Source of the DNA: Pseudomonadota bacterium
Lineage (GTDB): Bacteria; Pseudomonadota; Gammaproteobacteria; Steroidobacterales; Steroidobacteraceae
Length of the DNA: 60,079 nucleotides
NCBI GenBank assembly: GCA_043746555.1
Contig: JAYTQU010000012.1
Location: 1 to 60,079, forward strand
Direction: 5' to 3'
How positions within the stretch are numbered: the first letter of the stretch is position 1; each line of letters opens with the position of its first letter. The notes under the pieces were generated by a model that saw only the letters and a list, made by a program, of their open reading frames with translations, had not been told where the DNA came from and did no database searches. Positions 10,739-21,564 of this stretch are shown in pieces. Made by a program: the position numbers and the translations under genes.

Positions 10739-11344
10739 TCACTGACGCTTCGAGTCAGCCTTGGAATCGGCTTTAGTGTCCGCGGGATTGCCCGTTGCAA
10801 TAAATCTACCCAGACGCTGCATTTGCGTGACTAAGTCGCCGTCTACCAGTAGCGCCCATTCCGTCAATGGTCGATCGGCATAGCCACCGGCGGTATAAGT
10901 CATCGTGATTTTCGATCCGCCGCCGGACACTTCGATTGTCCAGGTCAAACTCCCAGTGATGGCGAATTCCTGCAACCGACCCAATGCGCCCCGCAACCGA
11001 AGCGTCTTAGGAGGTTGGGCGTAAATGACGATCATGTGCTGCGCACCCGCATACATGCCCAGCTTTTCGCAAAGACAACCGCCCACAAATGGATCCAGCG
11101 TCATGTTGCGAGCGTCGCCGGAAAAGGTGTGCTCGGGGTCCCACCAGCGGCCAACGTCCGCGAGCGCGCTCCACGCAGCGGGCGGCGGCATAGGAACATT
11201 CACGCTGTGTGTGACCGTGAAGCCGACATCGGATGAGCGCACTACCTCGGCGAACACCGGCGAGCAGAGCGCGGACGCGCCAACACATAGTGTGAGGAAG
11301 GTGAACAATTGAACAGCGAGAGAACGCAACTTGACGATCTTCAT
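10739..11344 (-). CDS. SRPBCC (START/AHSA1-like) domain protein with a signal peptide
   Basis: 201 aa. Has an N-terminal signal sequence, and the sequence GFTVTHSVNVPMPPPAAWSALADVGRWWDPEHTF is typical of the SRPBCC superfamily. Confidence 0.6.
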   Translation of the reverse strand: MKIVKLRSLAVQLFTFLTLCVGASALCSPVFAEVVRSSDVGFTVTHSVNVPMPPPAAWSALADVGRWWDPEHTFSGDARNMTLDPFVGGCLCEKLGMYAGAQHMIVIYAQPPKTLRLRGALGRLQEFAITGSLTWTIEVSGGGSKITMTYTAGGYADRPLTEWALLVDGDLVTQMQRLGRFIATGNPADTKADSKADSKRQ

Positions 11345-11454
11345 ACACCCTCCGTCTTCGCAACCTTACTTGTACCGGCAAAGCTCAAACGCCAACGCGC
11401 ATACTAACAGGACTAGAATGTGGCGATTCACGCTAGCGATACGAGGGCTCGAAC

Positions 11455-12663
11455 ATGCGCATCGGGACATTTATTCGACGAACATTCATCGGCATCGGCT
11501 CTCTGATTGTCGTCACCATTGCTGCGGCTATCGGCCTCGTTTGGCTTGGGCCGGTCGCAATTTCGGACAAAGGCATGTTGTTCAATATGGTGATTGGACG
11601 AAGCGTCGCAGCGCCTTCGGCCGAGACCGTGCAAGCGCAGCTACACGCGCCGCCGGAATTCAAAGTGAGTTTGTTCGCCGGCAATTTAAGTGGCGCTCGG
11701 ATGATGCAAGTCACCACGCAAGGGGACCTGCTGCTCTCCGTGCCGCGCTCGGGCCAAATTATTTGGTTGGAAAAAGATCGTAACAACGACGGCAAGAGCG
11801 ATAGCCAACATGTACTGATCGACCATCTCTATCGTCCACATGGTTTGGACATTCACGACGGCTGGTTGTATGTCGGCGAGAACGACGCAATCGGCCGTGT
11901 TCGCTTGGATGCTTCGCAAAGCAAACTCGACGGCAAATACGAACGCATCGTTACCGGCCTCACCGGCAACGGCAATCATTGGAGTAAGACAGTCCGCATC
12001 GGACCGGATGGTTATCTCTATTTGGCGCAAGGTTCGACGTGCAACGTGTGCATCGAACAAGATCCACGACGCGCGTCGATCATGCGCTTCAAGCCCGATG
12101 GTCTCGATGGACAAATCATCGCGAACGGATTGCGCAATAGCGTCGGCCTCGATTGGTCGCCATGGGACAACCAACTGTATGCAACCGAAAATGGCCGCGA
12201 TCTCTTGGGCGACGATATTCCAAACGACGAATTCAATCGCATTGACCCGGGAAAATTCTACGGCTGGCCGTATGTGCATGGCTTTGGCGTGGTCGATCCG
12301 CAATACGGCGCGGATCAAGCGCAACGCATCGCGAGCTCTATCGCACCGGCGTATGGATTCCGAGCGCATAACGCGCCGCTGGGTTTTCGTTTTCTAAAAA
12401 AACCCGCGCCGGGATATGAACGCACCGCGCTCGTTGCCTTACACGGTTCCTGGAATCGCTCCAAGCCCGATGGCTACAAAGTCGTGTCGTTGCACTGGAA
12501 CAAAGACGGAAAAATCGAAGAGCATGATTTTTTAACGGGCTTTCTTACCGACCAAGGCGTGATCGGCCGACCGGTGGATGTGGCGGAAGATAGCGACGGT
12601 GCGATCTATATTTCCGATGACTACGCGGGGGTTATTTATCGCGTTGCGCGAACGGCTAAGTAA
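11455..12663 (+). CDS. PQQ-dependent sugar (sorbosone/glucose) dehydrogenase family beta-propeller protein
   Basis: 402 aa with an N-terminal TM/signal segment. NGLRNSVGLDWSPWDNQLYATENGRDLLGDDIPNDEFNRI..GKFYGWPY is typical of the sorbosone dehydrogenase family. Confidence 0.75.
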   Translation: MRIGTFIRRTFIGIGSLIVVTIAAAIGLVWLGPVAISDKGMLFNMVIGRSVAAPSAETVQAQLHAPPEFKVSLFAGNLSGARMMQVTTQGDLLLSVPRSGQIIWLEKDRNNDGKSDSQHVLIDHLYRPHGLDIHDGWLYVGENDAIGRVRLDASQSKLDGKYERIVTGLTGNGNHWSKTVRIGPDGYLYLAQGSTCNVCIEQDPRRASIMRFKPDGLDGQIIANGLRNSVGLDWSPWDNQLYATENGRDLLGDDIPNDEFNRIDPGKFYGWPYVHGFGVVDPQYGADQAQRIASSIAPAYGFRAHNAPLGFRFLKKPAPGYERTALVALHGSWNRSKPDGYKVVSLHWNKDGKIEEHDFLTGFLTDQGVIGRPVDVAEDSDGAIYISDDYAGVIYRVARTAK

Positions 12664-12695
12664 CCGCCGTCCATTACTTGCGATTAGCGACGGGC

Positions 12696-12726
12696 ATGGT
12701 AGAAATTGCTCCTGCATTTCTACCAT
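12696..12726. terminator. Hairpin between convergent genes (possible bidirectional terminator)
   Basis: A perfect 11-bp stem, ATGGTAGAAAT / ATTTCTACCAT, with a 9-nt loop. It sits in the 56-nt gap between the dehydrogenase and rhomboid 3' ends. The stem is AT-rich and there is no clear U-tract. Confidence 0.35.
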
Positions 12727-13340
12727 TTCCACCATCCATGGCGGGCGTGTCGCCAGTACAGAATCAATAGATAACCCGCCGCCATGCCGCCCAAGTGCGC
12801 GAAATGCGCGACACCTTGCTGCGTGCCGAACACGCCGAGCGCCAATTCGAGCGCTCCGTATAACATGACGAATACTCGTGCCGGCATCGGAATCGGCGGA
12901 AACAGCAACATGATGCGGCGTTCCGGAAAGGCAATACCGAAGGCAAGAAGAATACCGAAAATTCCGCCCGATGCGCCGACTGTCGGAATCGGCGGACTAT
13001 GGGTCAGCGCCATCACCACCAATTGCGCAACGGCAGCGCCGACCACGCAGGTGAAGTAGTAAATCAGGTATTTATTCGTACCCATGCTGCGCTCGATATC
13101 CGAGCCGAACATGTAAAGCGCAAACATGTTGAAGAACAAATGGGCAAGGCCGCCGTGCATGAACCCGTAGGTGACTAACTGCCACACTTCAAATGGCGGC
13201 ACGCCTTGCAGGTTGCTCGTGTGCCAAGGCCACAATGCGCCGTAGATGACGGCCCAGTCGCCCAACACCATTTGCAATCCATACACCAATACATTGGCAA
13301 TGATTAGCGTACGCGTAACAGGCATGAGGGACTGAAACAT
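12720..13340 (-). CDS. Rhomboid family intramembrane serine protease
   Basis: 206 aa with multiple TM segments. Motifs: HGGLAHLFFNM, the catalytic GASGGIFG, and HLGG. Confidence 0.85.
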   Translation of the reverse strand: MFQSLMPVTRTLIIANVLVYGLQMVLGDWAVIYGALWPWHTSNLQGVPPFEVWQLVTYGFMHGGLAHLFFNMFALYMFGSDIERSMGTNKYLIYYFTCVVGAAVAQLVVMALTHSPPIPTVGASGGIFGILLAFGIAFPERRIMLLFPPIPMPARVFVMLYGALELALGVFGTQQGVAHFAHLGGMAAGYLLILYWRHARHGWWKW

Positions 13341-13348
13341 GATTCTAT

Positions 13349-16300
13349 CTACACCAGCACGCGCTCAATCCCGCCATCATTAGCTCGCGTGACATACTGC
13401 GGCAGCCAATCGTCGCCCAAGATGTGCTTCGCAATTTCAACGACAATGTAGTCGGCATCGAGATTCGCGTCGTCGTTGTAGCGCTTGAGCCCTTGCAGGC
13501 ACGACGGACACGATGTCAGCACTTTAACTTTCGCGTTCACGTCGTCGACTCGTAACTGTTCCGCGCCGGCCCGCATCTCTTGCTCCTTACGGAATCGCAC
13601 CTGCGTAGAAATATCCGGGCGCGAAACTGCAAACGTGCCCGACTCGCCGCAGCAGCGATCGTTCTTTTTGATCTGACCGTTGGCTTGTTCGTTCATCAAC
13701 GCATTCACGACTTTGAGCGGATCGTAACTCTTCATCGGCGAGTGACAAGGATCGTGATACATGTAGCGCGTACCGGTGACGCCTTCGAGCTTTACGTTCT
13801 TCTCCATGAGAAACTCGTGAATGTCGATGATGCGACAGCCGGGAAAGATTTCTTCGAACTTGTAGTCTTGCAGTTGATCATAGCAAGTGCCGCAACTAAC
13901 CACGACCGTGCGAATGTCCAGATAATTAAGCGTATTCGCGACGCGATGGAACATGACACGATTGTCGGTAATCATTTTTTCCGCTTTTTCAAACTCGCCC
14001 GATCCGCGTTGCGGATACCCGCAGCACACGTAGCCCGGCGGCAAAACGGTTTGCACGCCTACGTGCCACAACATCGCTTGAGTGGCGAGTCCCACTTGCG
14101 AGAACAATCGTTCCGAACCGCAACCGGGAAAATAAAACACCGCTTCCGATTCGGCATTCGTGCGCTTCGGATCGCGAATCACCGGCACATAGTGCTTGTC
14201 TTCGATATCGAGCAAAGCGCGCGCGGTTCGCTTCGGTAAGCCACCAGGCATCTTCTTGTTGATAAAGTGAACGACTTGTTCGCTGATCTTTGCTTTGCCG
14301 GTAGTCGCGGGCGGCCGTTTGGTTTGCGCTTTGGCAAAACCAGACAACATTGTGTTGGCAAGTCGCTGTATCTTGAAACCCCAATCGATCATCACCTTGC
14401 GCGTGAGCTTGATAGTTTGCGGATTGGTGGCGTTCAAGAACAACATCGACGCGGCCGTTCCGGGATTGAAACGCTTCTTGCCCATGCGGCGCAGTAGATC
14501 GCGCATCGCCATCGACACGTCGCCGAAATCGATATCGACTGGACAAGGCACTTCGCACTTGTGACACACCGTACAGTGATCGGCCACATCGCCGAATTCG
14601 TCGAAGTGACGAATCGACACACCACGCTGCGTTTGTTCCTCATACAAGAACGCCTCTACTAACAACGAGGTCGCGAGAATCTTATTTCGCGGCGAGTATA
14701 GAAGGTTGGCGCGCGGTACATGTGTCGCACAGACAGGCTTGCATTTTCCGCACCGCAGACAATCCTTGATCGCGTCCGATATCGAATTGATATCCGAGTG
14801 CTGCATGATCAGCGACTCGTGACCCAGCAAGCTAAAGCTCGGCGTGTAAGCTTTGGTGAGATCGCTTCCCGGCAAAAGCTTGCCGCGATTGAAGCGACCC
14901 TCGCTATCCACACGCTCTTTATATTGTTGAAATTCGTGTGTCTCGTCGTCGGTTAGAAACGCATACTTCGTGATGCCAATGCCGTGTTCGCCGGAGATCA
15001 CGCCATCCAACTTTCGTGCGATCCCCATGATGCGTTCGACCGCTTCATTCGCCGACTGAAGCATCGCGTAGTTGTCGGAGTTCACGGGAATATTGGTGTG
15101 AACATTGCCGTCGCCGGCATGCATGTGCAGCGCGACGAACACTCGACCTCGCAGTACGCGTCGATGTATCTCCTGGCACTCAGTCAAAATCGGTGTGAAA
15201 GAATTACCGGAGAACATAGTGCGCAACGCGCCGCGCACTTCGCGCTTCCAGGAAACGCGGATGGTACGATCTTGCAACAGATCGAAAACGCGAATCGTAT
15301 GCTGCTCATCCAGTCTGCGCTGCATCATGCCGCTAATTTCGTTGAGACCCAGCGTGACTAGAGTTGGCAAGGATTCGTCCAAGCTGCGATCCATGTTGTG
15401 AAGCAGATAGCTCCAGCGAGCCCGAGTAGCAGCCAGCATTTCACGCGCACGCTCAGGTCGATCGCCGAGCAACGCATCCGGCGGTAGGCGATCCATCTCC
15501 GCATCGTCACTGCTGGCAAGTTTTAGCGGGCCCGATAAATATTTTTCCAATTCATCCAGCAACTCCAATTTGTTGCGGATCGACAGCTCAATGTTGATAC
15601 GTTCGATGGCGTCGGTGTATTCGCCCATTCGCGGCAGCGGGATCACCACGTCTTCGTTGATTTTGAATGCGTTGGTGTGTTTCGCGATCGCCGCGGTGCG
15701 CGATCGATCGAGCCAAAACTTCTTGCGCGCCTCTGCATTGACCGCGATAAAGCCTTCGCCGGTTCGAGCATTGGCGATACGCACGACCTCGGACGTTGCG
15801 GCGCCGACGGCCGCTTCGTCGTTGCCGACGATGTCGCCGAGCAATACCATCTTCGGCAACGCACCGCGTTTAGATTTAGTGGCGTAACCGACCGCGCGCA
15901 AATATCGTTCGTCGAGATGTTCCAAACCGGCAAGAAATACGCCTTGCGATTTGTTAAGGCCGTCGAGTAGCGATTTAATTTCTACGATCGACGGAATTGC
16001 ATCGCGCGCTTGCCCAAAAAATTCCAAGCACACCGTACGCACATGCTTGGGCATCTTGTGCAACAACCAACGGGCCGACGTGATGATGCCGTCGCAGCCT
16101 TCTTTTTGAACGCCCGGCAAGCCGCCCAGAAATTTATCGGTGACATCCTTGCCCAATCCCACTTTGCGAAACTTGCGGCCTTCGATGGTGATGTGTTCGG
16201 TGCGTAATACGCGCGCATCGTTCGGATGTTGGCGGCCGTCTTTCCACGTCAGTGTGAAACTGGCCACGGCCGCGTCATGAATTTTTCCGCGATTGTGATC

Positions 16301-17527
16301 GAGGCGTTGCACGTCGAGCCAATTGCCATCGGGATCGACCATTCGCCACCAGGTAAGATTGTCGACTGCCGTTCCCCACAACACCGCCTTCTTACCGCCG
16401 GCATTCATCGCGATGTTTCCGCCGATGCACGAAGCATCCGCCGACGTCGGGTCCACCGCAAAAACAAAACCCGCGCGCTCTGCCGCATCCGACACACGAC
16501 GAGTCACCACACCCGCACCGGAAAATATCGTCGGCACTTGATCCGGTACGCCGGGAAGATTGGTCAATTCGACTTTGCTCAACTCTTCGAGCTTTTCGGT
16601 ATTGATGACGACCGACCAGGGCGTTAACGGAATCGCACCACCGGTGTAGCCGGTACCGCCGCCACGCGGAATAATTGTCAGACCCAATTCGACGCAGGCG
16701 CGCACCAGCATCGGTATCTCAATCTCGCTGTCCGGCATGAGCACAACAAACGGATACTCAACGCGCCAGTCGGTTGCATCGGTGACGTGACTCACTCGCG
16801 CGAAGGCGTCGAAGCGAATGTTGTCTTCGCGAGTGTGCTTCGCGAGTAACTTGCGCGCACGCTTACGCAAAGCAGCAACTTTATCGAACGAATCGGCGAA
16901 CGACTTTACTGCGCCGCGCGCAGCCAGCAATAACTCCGCGACCTTGCGACTGCGCTCGTGATCGGCTCCGTCACGGCGCAAATCGATTTCGTGCAACCGG
17001 TGATGCAATGCCTCGACTAGCAAGCGTCGACGCTTTGGGCTATCGAGCAAATCGTCTTGCAGATAGGGATTGCGCTCCACGACCCAGATATCGCCCAACA
17101 CTTCGTACAACATGCGTGCCGATCGACCGGTACGACGCTCGCCGCGCAGTTCTTCGACAAACTGCCACGCCGATTGCCCGAGCAAGCGAATGACAATCTC
17201 GCGATCGGAGAACGAAGTGTAGTTGTAGGGAATCTCGCGCAACCGCCCAGGTAGATTATTGGGCGCTTCGCCATCGTCCGACGGCGACGCGAGAATGTCT
17301 TCGGGATCGGAGAGCGGTAGCGACAAATTCTTCAAGGGGGCGGTCAATCCGGTCACGATGCCAGGAACCTGGCTGGATGCATATTGTAGAGATAGCAGCG
17401 GTATAGGTCGATCATCAACTCGCCGAGCAGCATCGTTTTTCGTTATGATGCGGCTCGTCAATTTCGGCCCGCATTGGGCGTTATCGCCCTCGCCCAAGTT
17501 GGGCGTCATCGTAAAGTCCGGGCGCAA
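13349..17527 (-). CDS. Large FAD-linked oxidase / Fe-S / CCG-domain oxidoreductase (GlcD-GlcF-like fusion with an N-terminal DUF3683-type region)
   Basis: 1392-aa ORF. Motifs: [16 protein letters not shown] near the N-terminus; FAD-binding [13 protein letters not shown]; two ferredoxin-type clusters, [11 protein letters not shown] and [12 protein letters not shown]; cysteine-rich CCGYP and CCGESG. The true start may be downstream of 17527. Confidence 0.85.
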   Translation of the reverse strand: MRPDFTMTPNLGEGDNAQCGPKLTSRIITKNDAARRVDDRPIPLLSLQYASSQVPGIVTGLTAPLKNLSLPLSDPEDILASPSDDGEAPNNLPGRLREIPYNYTSFSDREIVIRLLGQSAWQFVEELRGERRTGRSARMLYEVLGDIWVVERNPYLQDDLLDSPKRRRLLVEALHHRLHEIDLRRDGADHERSRKVAELLLAARGAVKSFADSFDKVAALRKRARKLLAKHTREDNIRFDAFARVSHVTDATDWRVEYPFVVLMPDSEIEIPMLVRACVELGLTIIPRGGGTGYTGGAIPLTPWSVVINTEKLEELSKVELTNLPGVPDQVPTIFSGAGVVTRRVSDAAERAGFVFAVDPTSADASCIGGNIAMNAGGKKAVLWGTAVDNLTWWRMVDPDGNWLDVQRLDHNRGKIHDAAVASFTLTWKDGRQHPNDARVLRTEHITIEGRKFRKVGLGKDVTDKFLGGLPGVQKEGCDGIITSARWLLHKMPKHVRTVCLEFFGQARDAIPSIVEIKSLLDGLNKSQGVFLAGLEHLDERYLRAVGYATKSKRGALPKMVLLGDIVGNDEAAVGAATSEVVRIANARTGEGFIAVNAEARKKFWLDRSRTAAIAKHTNAFKINEDVVIPLPRMGEYTDAIERINIELSIRNKLELLDELEKYLSGPLKLASSDDAEMDRLPPDALLGDRPERAREMLAATRARWSYLLHNMDRSLDESLPTLVTLGLNEISGMMQRRLDEQHTIRVFDLLQDRTIRVSWKREVRGALRTMFSGNSFTPILTECQEIHRRVLRGRVFVALHMHAGDGNVHTNIPVNSDNYAMLQSANEAVERIMGIARKLDGVISGEHGIGITKYAFLTDDETHEFQQYKERVDSEGRFNRGKLLPGSDLTKAYTPSFSLLGHESLIMQHSDINSISDAIKDCLRCGKCKPVCATHVPRANLLYSPRNKILATSLLVEAFLYEEQTQRGVSIRHFDEFGDVADHCTVCHKCEVPCPVDIDFGDVSMAMRDLLRRMGKKRFNPGTAASMLFLNATNPQTIKLTRKVMIDWGFKIQRLANTMLSGFAKAQTKRPPATTGKAKISEQVVHFINKKMPGGLPKRTARALLDIEDKHYVPVIRDPKRTNAESEAVFYFPGCGSERLFSQVGLATQAMLWHVGVQTVLPPGYVCCGYPQRGSGEFEKAEKMITDNRVMFHRVANTLNYLDIRTVVVSCGTCYDQLQDYKFEEIFPGCRIIDIHEFLMEKNVKLEGVTGTRYMYHDPCHSPMKSYDPLKVVNALMNEQANGQIKKNDRCCGESGTFAVSRPDISTQVRFRKEQEMRAGAEQLRVDDVNAKVKVLTSCPSCLQGLKRYNDDANLDADYIVVEIAKHILGDDWLPQYVTRANDGGIERVLV

Positions 17528-17610
17528 CGCGCCGATAAGCGCGCGCCAGCACGTAGCTCGCCATTCGAAATCGAGAACTGGTATTGCGACAGGAACTAAT
17601 TAGCGCGCGC

Positions 17611-18003
17611 TTAGACCACCTCGATGCGAGCGCGATGACCATGAGAGTTGCCTAACTTCACGTCGCGAGTAATCAATTTGGCATTGAGTGCTTCTGCCAA
17701 AGAAACGTATGCGGCATCGTAGGCTGTCAGCGAATTTCGCAAAGCCCAGATGCGCGGCGCGAGATCGCTATGAGCATAGCGATGCAGCACCAAATCGTTA
17801 AGATCCTCCATTGCCTGTTGAGCGCGTGCGGCTGTCAGTTCTTTAGCAAGCAGGTAGCGTCGCAAAACCTGCAATACTTCGAGATCGATGAGGTGCGGAG
17901 CATGCAGCGATTCGTCCGCAGCAAAAACTCGCTCGGCGATACGCGCTGCCGAGCGAGTATTCAGTAATAGCTCAATCGCGGCAGACGCATCGATGACTAT
18001 CAA
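17611..18003 (-). CDS. vapC: Type II toxin VapC (PIN-domain ribonuclease)
   Basis: 130 aa, beginning MIVIDASAAIELL. The PIN acidic residues are present (D5, E in DLEV, D in YDAAY, D in TRD). It lies 6 nt downstream of the antitoxin. Confidence 0.85.
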   Translation of the reverse strand: MIVIDASAAIELLLNTRSAARIAERVFAADESLHAPHLIDLEVLQVLRRYLLAKELTAARAQQAMEDLNDLVLHRYAHSDLAPRIWALRNSLTAYDAAYVSLAEALNAKLITRDVKLGNSHGHRARIEVV

Positions 18004-18009
18004 TAGACG

Positions 18010-18240
18010 TTACCGACTCTGGCGTTCGGCGCGTACCGCTTTAGGAGGCGCAGTTTTGACCGCTACCGCGCTACGTTGCGCGATGCGGCTTCGCAATTCC
18101 GCGGGCGTGGGCTTATCGGCGAGTCGTGTCATTTCCCGAACCAGATAGTCCGAAAGCGAAGTGCCCTCAAGCGCCGCGCGAGACTTTAATTTGCGATGCA
18201 ACTCGTCCGACACCCGTCGCATTTGAATCATCTTTGGCAT
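18010..18240 (-). CDS. vapB: Type II antitoxin VapB (ribbon-helix-helix, FitA/Arc-like)
   Basis: 76 aa from the internal ATG at 18240: MPKMIQMRRVSDELHRKLKSRAALEGTSLSDYLVREM. The ORF-track N-terminal extension to 18384 is implausible. Confidence 0.75.
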   Translation of the reverse strand: MPKMIQMRRVSDELHRKLKSRAALEGTSLSDYLVREMTRLADKPTPAELRSRIAQRSAVAVKTAPPKAVRAERQSR

Positions 18241-18340
18241 GCGGATACCGTACTTGCATGTGCAGCACATGTCAATGAGCGTATTCTCGCAACGAAGCAA
18301 ATTTTCCGCGAGCTGAGCATCAAGAGCTATGTTGATTTCA

Positions 18341-19168
18341 ATGGACCACGTCGCGCTCGTCGTTCGCGATCTCAAAGCATCCACCGAGCGCTATTCCGCA
18401 TTCCTCGGTTGCAAACCGATCTGGCGTGGCACCGAGCGTGCGCGGTTTCAACTGGGTAACACGGCGCTCGACATGGTTGTGCCCGTTGGTAGCTCTGCAG
18501 TCGGCGTTCGAGCGCAAGGGCAACTCGATAAACACGGCGAAGGGTTATGGGTGCTTGCGTTTGCGACTGCGGATATTGGAAAGGCGCGACACACTCTCGC
18601 ACGTCGCGGCATCGCCTCATCTGAGGTGCGACAGATCCGATCGGCCGATTTCGAAAGCAACAAGGAGTACTGTTGGGCTACTTCAGAGTTGTCTGCCGAA
18701 GCAACGCATGGCATTACGATCTTTCTAGTCGAACAAGAGACGGATGCAGCGCACGGGTCGCGATGCAAACCGAACGCCGCAGCAAATTCCGCTGTGAGCA
18801 GCCTTGACCATATCGTTATCACCACCGCACATCCGGAGCGCGCTGCAGCGTTGTATGGAACACGCTTGGGATTGGAAATGAAACTGGATCGCACCAATCC
18901 CGATTGGGGGTCGCGTCTCATGTTCTTCAAATGCGGCGACTTAGTTGTCGAAATAGCGCATAACCTAAAGAACATCGACAGCAGCGCGCCGGACAAACTG
19001 TGGGGCTTGTCGTGGCGCGTAGCTGATATTGCTGCGGCCCACGCGCGCATCGCGCAAGCCGGATTCAATGTGTCGGACATACGCGTCGGTCGAAAGCCGG
19101 GAACAAAAGTCTTTACCGTGCGCGATGCGCCAGCGAATGTGCCGACGCTGGTCATTGGCCGAGATTGA
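18341..19168 (+). CDS. Two-domain VOC (glyoxalase/bleomycin resistance/dioxygenase) family protein
   Basis: MDHVALVVRDLKAS.. opens the first domain and LDHIVITTAHPERAA.. the second, as is typical of VOC modules. Confidence 0.7.
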   Translation: MDHVALVVRDLKASTERYSAFLGCKPIWRGTERARFQLGNTALDMVVPVGSSAVGVRAQGQLDKHGEGLWVLAFATADIGKARHTLARRGIASSEVRQIRSADFESNKEYCWATSELSAEATHGITIFLVEQETDAAHGSRCKPNAAANSAVSSLDHIVITTAHPERAAALYGTRLGLEMKLDRTNPDWGSRLMFFKCGDLVVEIAHNLKNIDSSAPDKLWGLSWRVADIAAAHARIAQAGFNVSDIRVGRKPGTKVFTVRDAPANVPTLVIGRD

Positions 19169-19173
19169 CGCCG

Positions 19174-19938
19174 TCAAGCGACCTTTCCGATCCACACCGC
19201 TTTCGCGTAGGCGCAAAGTTCATTTGACTGATTGAACAACGCTGTCCCCGCGAAGTATTTCTTTCCTTCGCTCCCCATCGTCCAACCGACCACCACGCAA
19301 CGCTCGCCGGCACGAATGTCTTTTTCGATACGAGCCGTCAATCGCCCCAACATTCCCGTTTGCGTGCCGCGCGCGCGCCATGCCATTTGGCCGGGGCAAT
19401 CGAGTGCAGTCCAAATAAATTCCGGTTTCACCAATCCGTGTTCGTCGGTAAAGCATTCGTTTGCGATCCACGCTGCAGCCACCTGTTCATTATTGTTCAC
19501 TGGCGCGGAATAAACGTGCAGTCCCTCCGTGGGCGACAACTCTGCGCCACAACAAAAGCAAATCGGATGTACGCCGCGCATCGGCTTGTGAAATAGGTGA
19601 TTTAAGCAAAGAGGAAACGAATACGATTGCTCGCGTACCGCCATCGCCTCGTTCAATGTGGTCGGCGTTGGCGCTTCAATTTGTAACGTCACGATCTTCG
19701 CTTCTGCGGTGAGCTTGTCGCCATGTTCGACGGTCAGCGATTGATTGTCGCGAAGAATCGTCATCGATTGATCGAGCGGTATCGGCGCGCGTAGCGTCAC
19801 TTCCACTGCTTTTCCATCCGGTAAGTTATGTGCACCGTCGGTCAACGCGCTCGCGACGACTCCAGAGACATACCCACCATTGCCCGAGTTTGGCGGGCCG
19901 CGAAATTTCTCGGCAATGAAAATGCTGTTGTCTGTCAT
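19174..19938 (-). CDS. Hotdog-fold (PaaI/thioesterase-like) family protein
   Basis: 254 aa. GNGGYVSGVVASAL lies in the N-terminal half. The C-terminal half (CFCCG..GLHV.. then IWTALDCPG) resembles PaaI-like hotdog proteins. This is an assignment by eye. Confidence 0.45.
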   Translation of the reverse strand: MTDNSIFIAEKFRGPPNSGNGGYVSGVVASALTDGAHNLPDGKAVEVTLRAPIPLDQSMTILRDNQSLTVEHGDKLTAEAKIVTLQIEAPTPTTLNEAMAVREQSYSFPLCLNHLFHKPMRGVHPICFCCGAELSPTEGLHVYSAPVNNNEQVAAAWIANECFTDEHGLVKPEFIWTALDCPGQMAWRARGTQTGMLGRLTARIEKDIRAGERCVVVGWTMGSEGKKYFAGTALFNQSNELCAYAKAVWIGKVA

Positions 19939-19994
19939 GTAAGATGAGGAATACGCTAAATGTTAAATTCAGATCATAACAACGAGCATGCCGC

Positions 19995-20615
19995 ATGGGC
20001 CTTTATAGCGATCGTATCTTTCCGAAGGTTCTCGACTGGGCAATGCGCGCGCCGGAACTGAAACCGCTCCGTGCTCGCACGGTGGAACACACGCACGGCC
20101 GCGTATTGGAAATCGGCTTTGGAGCGGGCCACAACTTGAAGTTCTACCCGACTGCGGTCGAAAAAGTGGTTGCAGTCGACCCGAATCCCGGACTATCGAA
20201 GATGGCTTTGGCGCGTATCGCACGCAATGAAATCAACGTAGAGCATCATCGGATTACCGCCGAGCGCCTACCCTTCGACGCTGCAAGTTTCGATTGCGTC
20301 GTCAGCACACTGACCTTGTGCAGCATCCCGGATGTTGCAGCGGCGCTCAAGGAAGTGCACCGCGTTCTCAAGCCCGGCGGCGATTTCTTTTTTCTAGAAC
20401 ATGGACATTGCCCGGACGTTACCGTGAGCAAGTGGCAGGATCGACTCACGCCCATCTGGAAAATTATTGGCGACGGTTGCCACCTCAACCGCGACATTGA
20501 GGCCTTGGTGCGCGACGCGAACCTCAGCGTGACTGCGATGGAGAATCTCGATTTACCGAAGATGCCGCGCGCTATCGGGTACGCCTATCTAGGTCGAGCC
20601 CAGCGGGACAATTAG
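19995..20615 (+). CDS. Class I SAM-dependent methyltransferase
   Basis: 206 aa. Motif I is VLEIGFGAGHN; the post-I/II pattern (VVAVDPNP, FDCVVS, LKPGG) fits the Methyltransf_11 type. Confidence 0.8.
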   Translation: MGLYSDRIFPKVLDWAMRAPELKPLRARTVEHTHGRVLEIGFGAGHNLKFYPTAVEKVVAVDPNPGLSKMALARIARNEINVEHHRITAERLPFDAASFDCVVSTLTLCSIPDVAAALKEVHRVLKPGGDFFFLEHGHCPDVTVSKWQDRLTPIWKIIGDGCHLNRDIEALVRDANLSVTAMENLDLPKMPRAIGYAYLGRAQRDN

Positions 20616-20859
20616 CGCAATAATTATAAGAGACGGTCGGGCGACGAGTAACGCGATGACTAGTTGAGCAATTGGGTCGACAGATTGGGCCGCCAAATGG
20701 GGCATCGAAGGGCGCGTCGATTATTGACGTGCGAAGGCCGCGCGATCCCGCTATCCTTGCGGCTTCGGCTTGATCCCGTTTCTACTTCACCGCGATTTAC
20801 GGCATTCCCCCATCAGTCTATTTCTGACAAATAGCCTCTCGTCCAACTCAAGGAATTTT

Positions 20860-21552
20860 ATGCGCCGCCTATTACTTGCCTTTGCAATCTTACTGGCCGC
20901 TTCCTGCAACGCCGCGCCTCCGGAACTTAAGACCGACGAGCAAAAGACGTTGTACGTGCTTGGCTATGCGGTCTCCGACAATCTCAAGTCGTTCAACTTG
21001 ACGCCGGCGGAAATCGAAATCGTTAAGGCGGGATTCGCCGATGGCGCCGCGCAGAAGAAGCCGACTGTCGAACCGCAGCCGTTTTATCCGAAGATTCGCG
21101 AATTGCAAACCAGTCGAGTTGCGGCCGTGGCCGCCAAAGAAAAAGAATCAGGCAAGGCTTTCTTGGAAAAGGCGGCGATGGAAAAAGGCGCGACGAAATT
21201 ACCGTCGGGCGTGATTATCACGACGACGAAGGAAGGAACAGGTGCAACACCGGTCGCCACCGATACGGTGAAAGTTCACTATCAAGGCACGCTCACCAAC
21301 GGCAAAGTGTTCGACAGCTCCATTCAACGCGGCGAACCGGCAACGTTTCCGCTTAACGGCGTGATTCCGTGTTGGACCGAGGGCGTGCAAAAAATGAAGG
21401 TGGGCGGAAAGGCAAAACTCGTGTGCCCCGCGGAACTTGCTTATGGCGATCGCGGCGCGCCGCCGGATATCGCGCCAGGCTCGACACTCGTGTTCGAAGT
21501 CGAATTGCTTGATATCGTGAAAGACGCAAAGCCGCCCGGCAAAACTCCGTAA
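20860..21552 (+). CDS. FKBP-type peptidyl-prolyl cis-trans isomerase (FkpA/Mip-like), exported
   Basis: The ATG at 20860 gives the signal sequence MRRLLLAFAILLAASC. The C-terminal FKBP core is VKVHYQGTLTNGKVFDSS..FPLNGVIPCWTEG..YGDRGAPPDIAPGSTLVFEVELL. Confidence 0.85.
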   Translation: MRRLLLAFAILLAASCNAAPPELKTDEQKTLYVLGYAVSDNLKSFNLTPAEIEIVKAGFADGAAQKKPTVEPQPFYPKIRELQTSRVAAVAAKEKESGKAFLEKAAMEKGATKLPSGVIITTTKEGTGATPVATDTVKVHYQGTLTNGKVFDSSIQRGEPATFPLNGVIPCWTEGVQKMKVGGKAKLVCPAELAYGDRGAPPDIAPGSTLVFEVELLDIVKDAKPPGKTP

Positions 21553-21564
21553 AGGAATCGCGAT

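Noticed and set aside
13580-14567. 219-aa (plus) and 192-aa (minus, out-of-frame) ORFs inside the 1392-aa oxidoreductase gene
   Set aside because: They are fully embedded in a strongly supported gene, have a biased composition, and lack start-site signals.
20770-21552. N-terminal extensions suggested by the ORF track for several genes (for example 20770, 53750, 40299, 42538, 27074, 46687, 48254)
   Set aside because: In each case an internal ATG/GTG gives the canonical family N-terminus or a signal peptide, often with a Shine-Dalgarno sequence or a stop/start overlap. The extension is Arg-rich and non-conserved-looking.
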